NCBI RefSeq assembly: GCF_963921235.1 | Contig: NC_086108.1 | Location: 62,002,001 to 62,066,000 of the forward strand | Direction: 5' to 3' | Source: Mobula hypostoma | Lineage: Eukaryota | DNA: 64,000 nucleotides | Shown: positions 62,217 through 64,000 of the stretch, piece by piece | Numbering within the stretch: position 1 is the first letter of the stretch | Layout: each line of letters begins with the position of its first letter | Program-made: the position numbers and the translations under genes | The notes under the pieces: model-generated | The model's input: only the letters and a program-made list of their open reading frames with translations | The model's database searches: none | Told to the model about the DNA's origin: nothing

Positions 62217-64000
62217 AATATTACCCGTAATTGGTCATAAAATAATTTTTTTGTATAATTCAATAAACATTTACAAACCAAGGTACAAAATTTTGTGGAA
62301 GACACTTTACCCTAGCAGCAAGTTGTAGTCCAATCTCATCAGCTTCAATCTCCAGTTTTCGACTGTAGGGTCTATCAAACATGTACTGCAAGTAATAAAT
62401 ATATTATTAATAAAAAGAACTGATAATATTATGCTTCAAGTCTGATCCATATTAATAAAACAGGTAGAGCAATACTACATGATAATTTCCAACTCCCTTT
62501 AGCTCTAAGTATGCTTTCAGAAAATATTTTCTGGTATATTAACATTGAAATTCCATAAATTAGAGTCAGTATCTCATCACAATGAGATCTAAACTCTCAA
62601 ACATCCTAGTGCAAAGTAACACTAAGCAGCTAATGTTCCAGATTTCTATTATAAAGAGTGCTTTGCTTTTTCACAATAATTAGGTATATAAGATAAATAT
62701 TACATCAGGGTATGGAGTAATGATACTATTTTTTCTCATTAGGCTTCAATTTAATTAAAGCAGATCCTCCATTTAAACTGCTGCCACTCTGATTTATCAT
62801 TCAAATTCAGGTAAAAGCAGGAAATGAAACATCACATTGCAGAATTGGACTCCAGTAGGAAATGTTATGTAAAAACCATAAATAGTAATAGCTACTGCAG
62901 GTGCATTTTCTACACATCACAAAGAGCTAACTAACCCTTAGAGCAAATGTATCAATTAAATTACTACACACTAACTTGAGGGTGCAATTTACTAGGCCCA
63001 CCAAATTAAGCATCTTTTGAACATGTAACTGGCATTAGTTTCCATGGTCTGAGTAGAACATAACATTATGGGAGGGTTCAGAAGAACCTTCACACAGAAG
63101 CTGTACTTATCTCAAGAGTTCCACTATTTAAGTTCCACAGACTTGAACTATCTACATAGTTCATTAACTTTTTTTTAATCCAGTGTTGTCATACCCATGT
63201 CTGTTGTTCTTTTCCTCCCGGATCTGTCTTGTTCACTTGGCTTGCATTTTTTTTTAGATTTTTGTGTTTTTTTGGGACCCTATCAGCTGGGAAATGGTGA
63301 ACAGTCTAGCAGAAGGGGTTTGTATGTTTCAATCTACAATGAAGCTAAAAAAGTGTCTTATGTCGCTATTACAGAGCTGTTCGTCTATCTAACCCCAGTC
63401 ACAGTGCCATGTTTTATTTATTTACAAGTGACTGCCACCAGTGGTTCTGGATTGGCTGGAGCTCCAGCTATCTCACCAGTGTTAAATTCTTCTAGTTAGC
63501 CCTGTCTGCCTCAGACGGCGAAACAGTCCAAACCAAAGCCACAAATGAGATGAGGGCACTTTGACTCAGATCCTCGTACTTCCCCTGTCTCATCTTCCTC
63601 GTTATTCAGTCTGTGTAGTAGCTGGCATTGCCTGAACTCTCCTCACCCGCTGTCTTATACCCATCTGGCATCCACACAGCCCTCAGCATCTTCCAAAGTC
63701 TCCAAGCCCTCCACTGATAATGACAACTCAAAAATAACCTGATATGTAAAAGTGGTGAGTATCATGTTGGAATGCAGAACTCATTTAAAAGTATGATTTC
63801 AAAGCTTTAAGGTTAAAAGTGAAGAGGTTATTAAAAGTTTTATCTCAAACTTACCAACAGTTTCAATAACAAAAGCTTTGTACAGAAACATTTTCAAACG
63901 GTATACTGAGTACAGCTTCTATGCCCACTTTGAAAGGGAGAATATAACTACAGTTGTGAAGATCCCTGCTGCACCTGGTGACCCCGTGATCTCAGAGGAC

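Noticed and set aside
63855..64000. Donor-like GTAAG on the minus strand, possible upstream OMA1 exon
   Set aside because: All three frames contain stops and none resembles OMA1. The preceding exon must lie beyond the window.

Overview
This is eukaryotic, repeat-rich vertebrate DNA. The repeat repertoire (V-SINE/HE1-like SINEs, CR1, Rex1/Babar, Penelope-like elements) points to a cartilaginous fish, probably a ray; the taxon is an inference. The only host gene I can support is the 3' end of OMA1 (mitochondrial M48 zinc metalloprotease) on the minus strand: a 150-bp penultimate exon (60858-61007), a 23.4-kb last intron and the final coding exon (37221-37490). The rest is intronic or intergenic DNA dense in transposable elements. 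These include a full-length, near-intact 5.8-kb L1 with a 13-bp TSD, a 2.5-kb Penelope-like element with an 11-bp TSD and an intact minimal hammerhead ribozyme, and a 133-bp hammerhead-only Penelope mini-insertion. There are also internally deleted Chapaev3 and hAT-Charlie DNA transposons with intact ends, many CR1, Rex-Babar and SINE copies that are often nested, and non-coding candidate non-autonomous retroelements. Repeat-free islands with PBX-HOX/MEIS/octamer motif clusters are candidate enhancers. I do not see a wholly new biological system. The best leads are the ribozyme-bearing PLE copies, the unclassified non-autonomous elements, the OMA1 C-terminal and poly(A) peculiarities, and a 52-bp templated inverted insertion. 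TE boundaries without a stated TSD are approximate.
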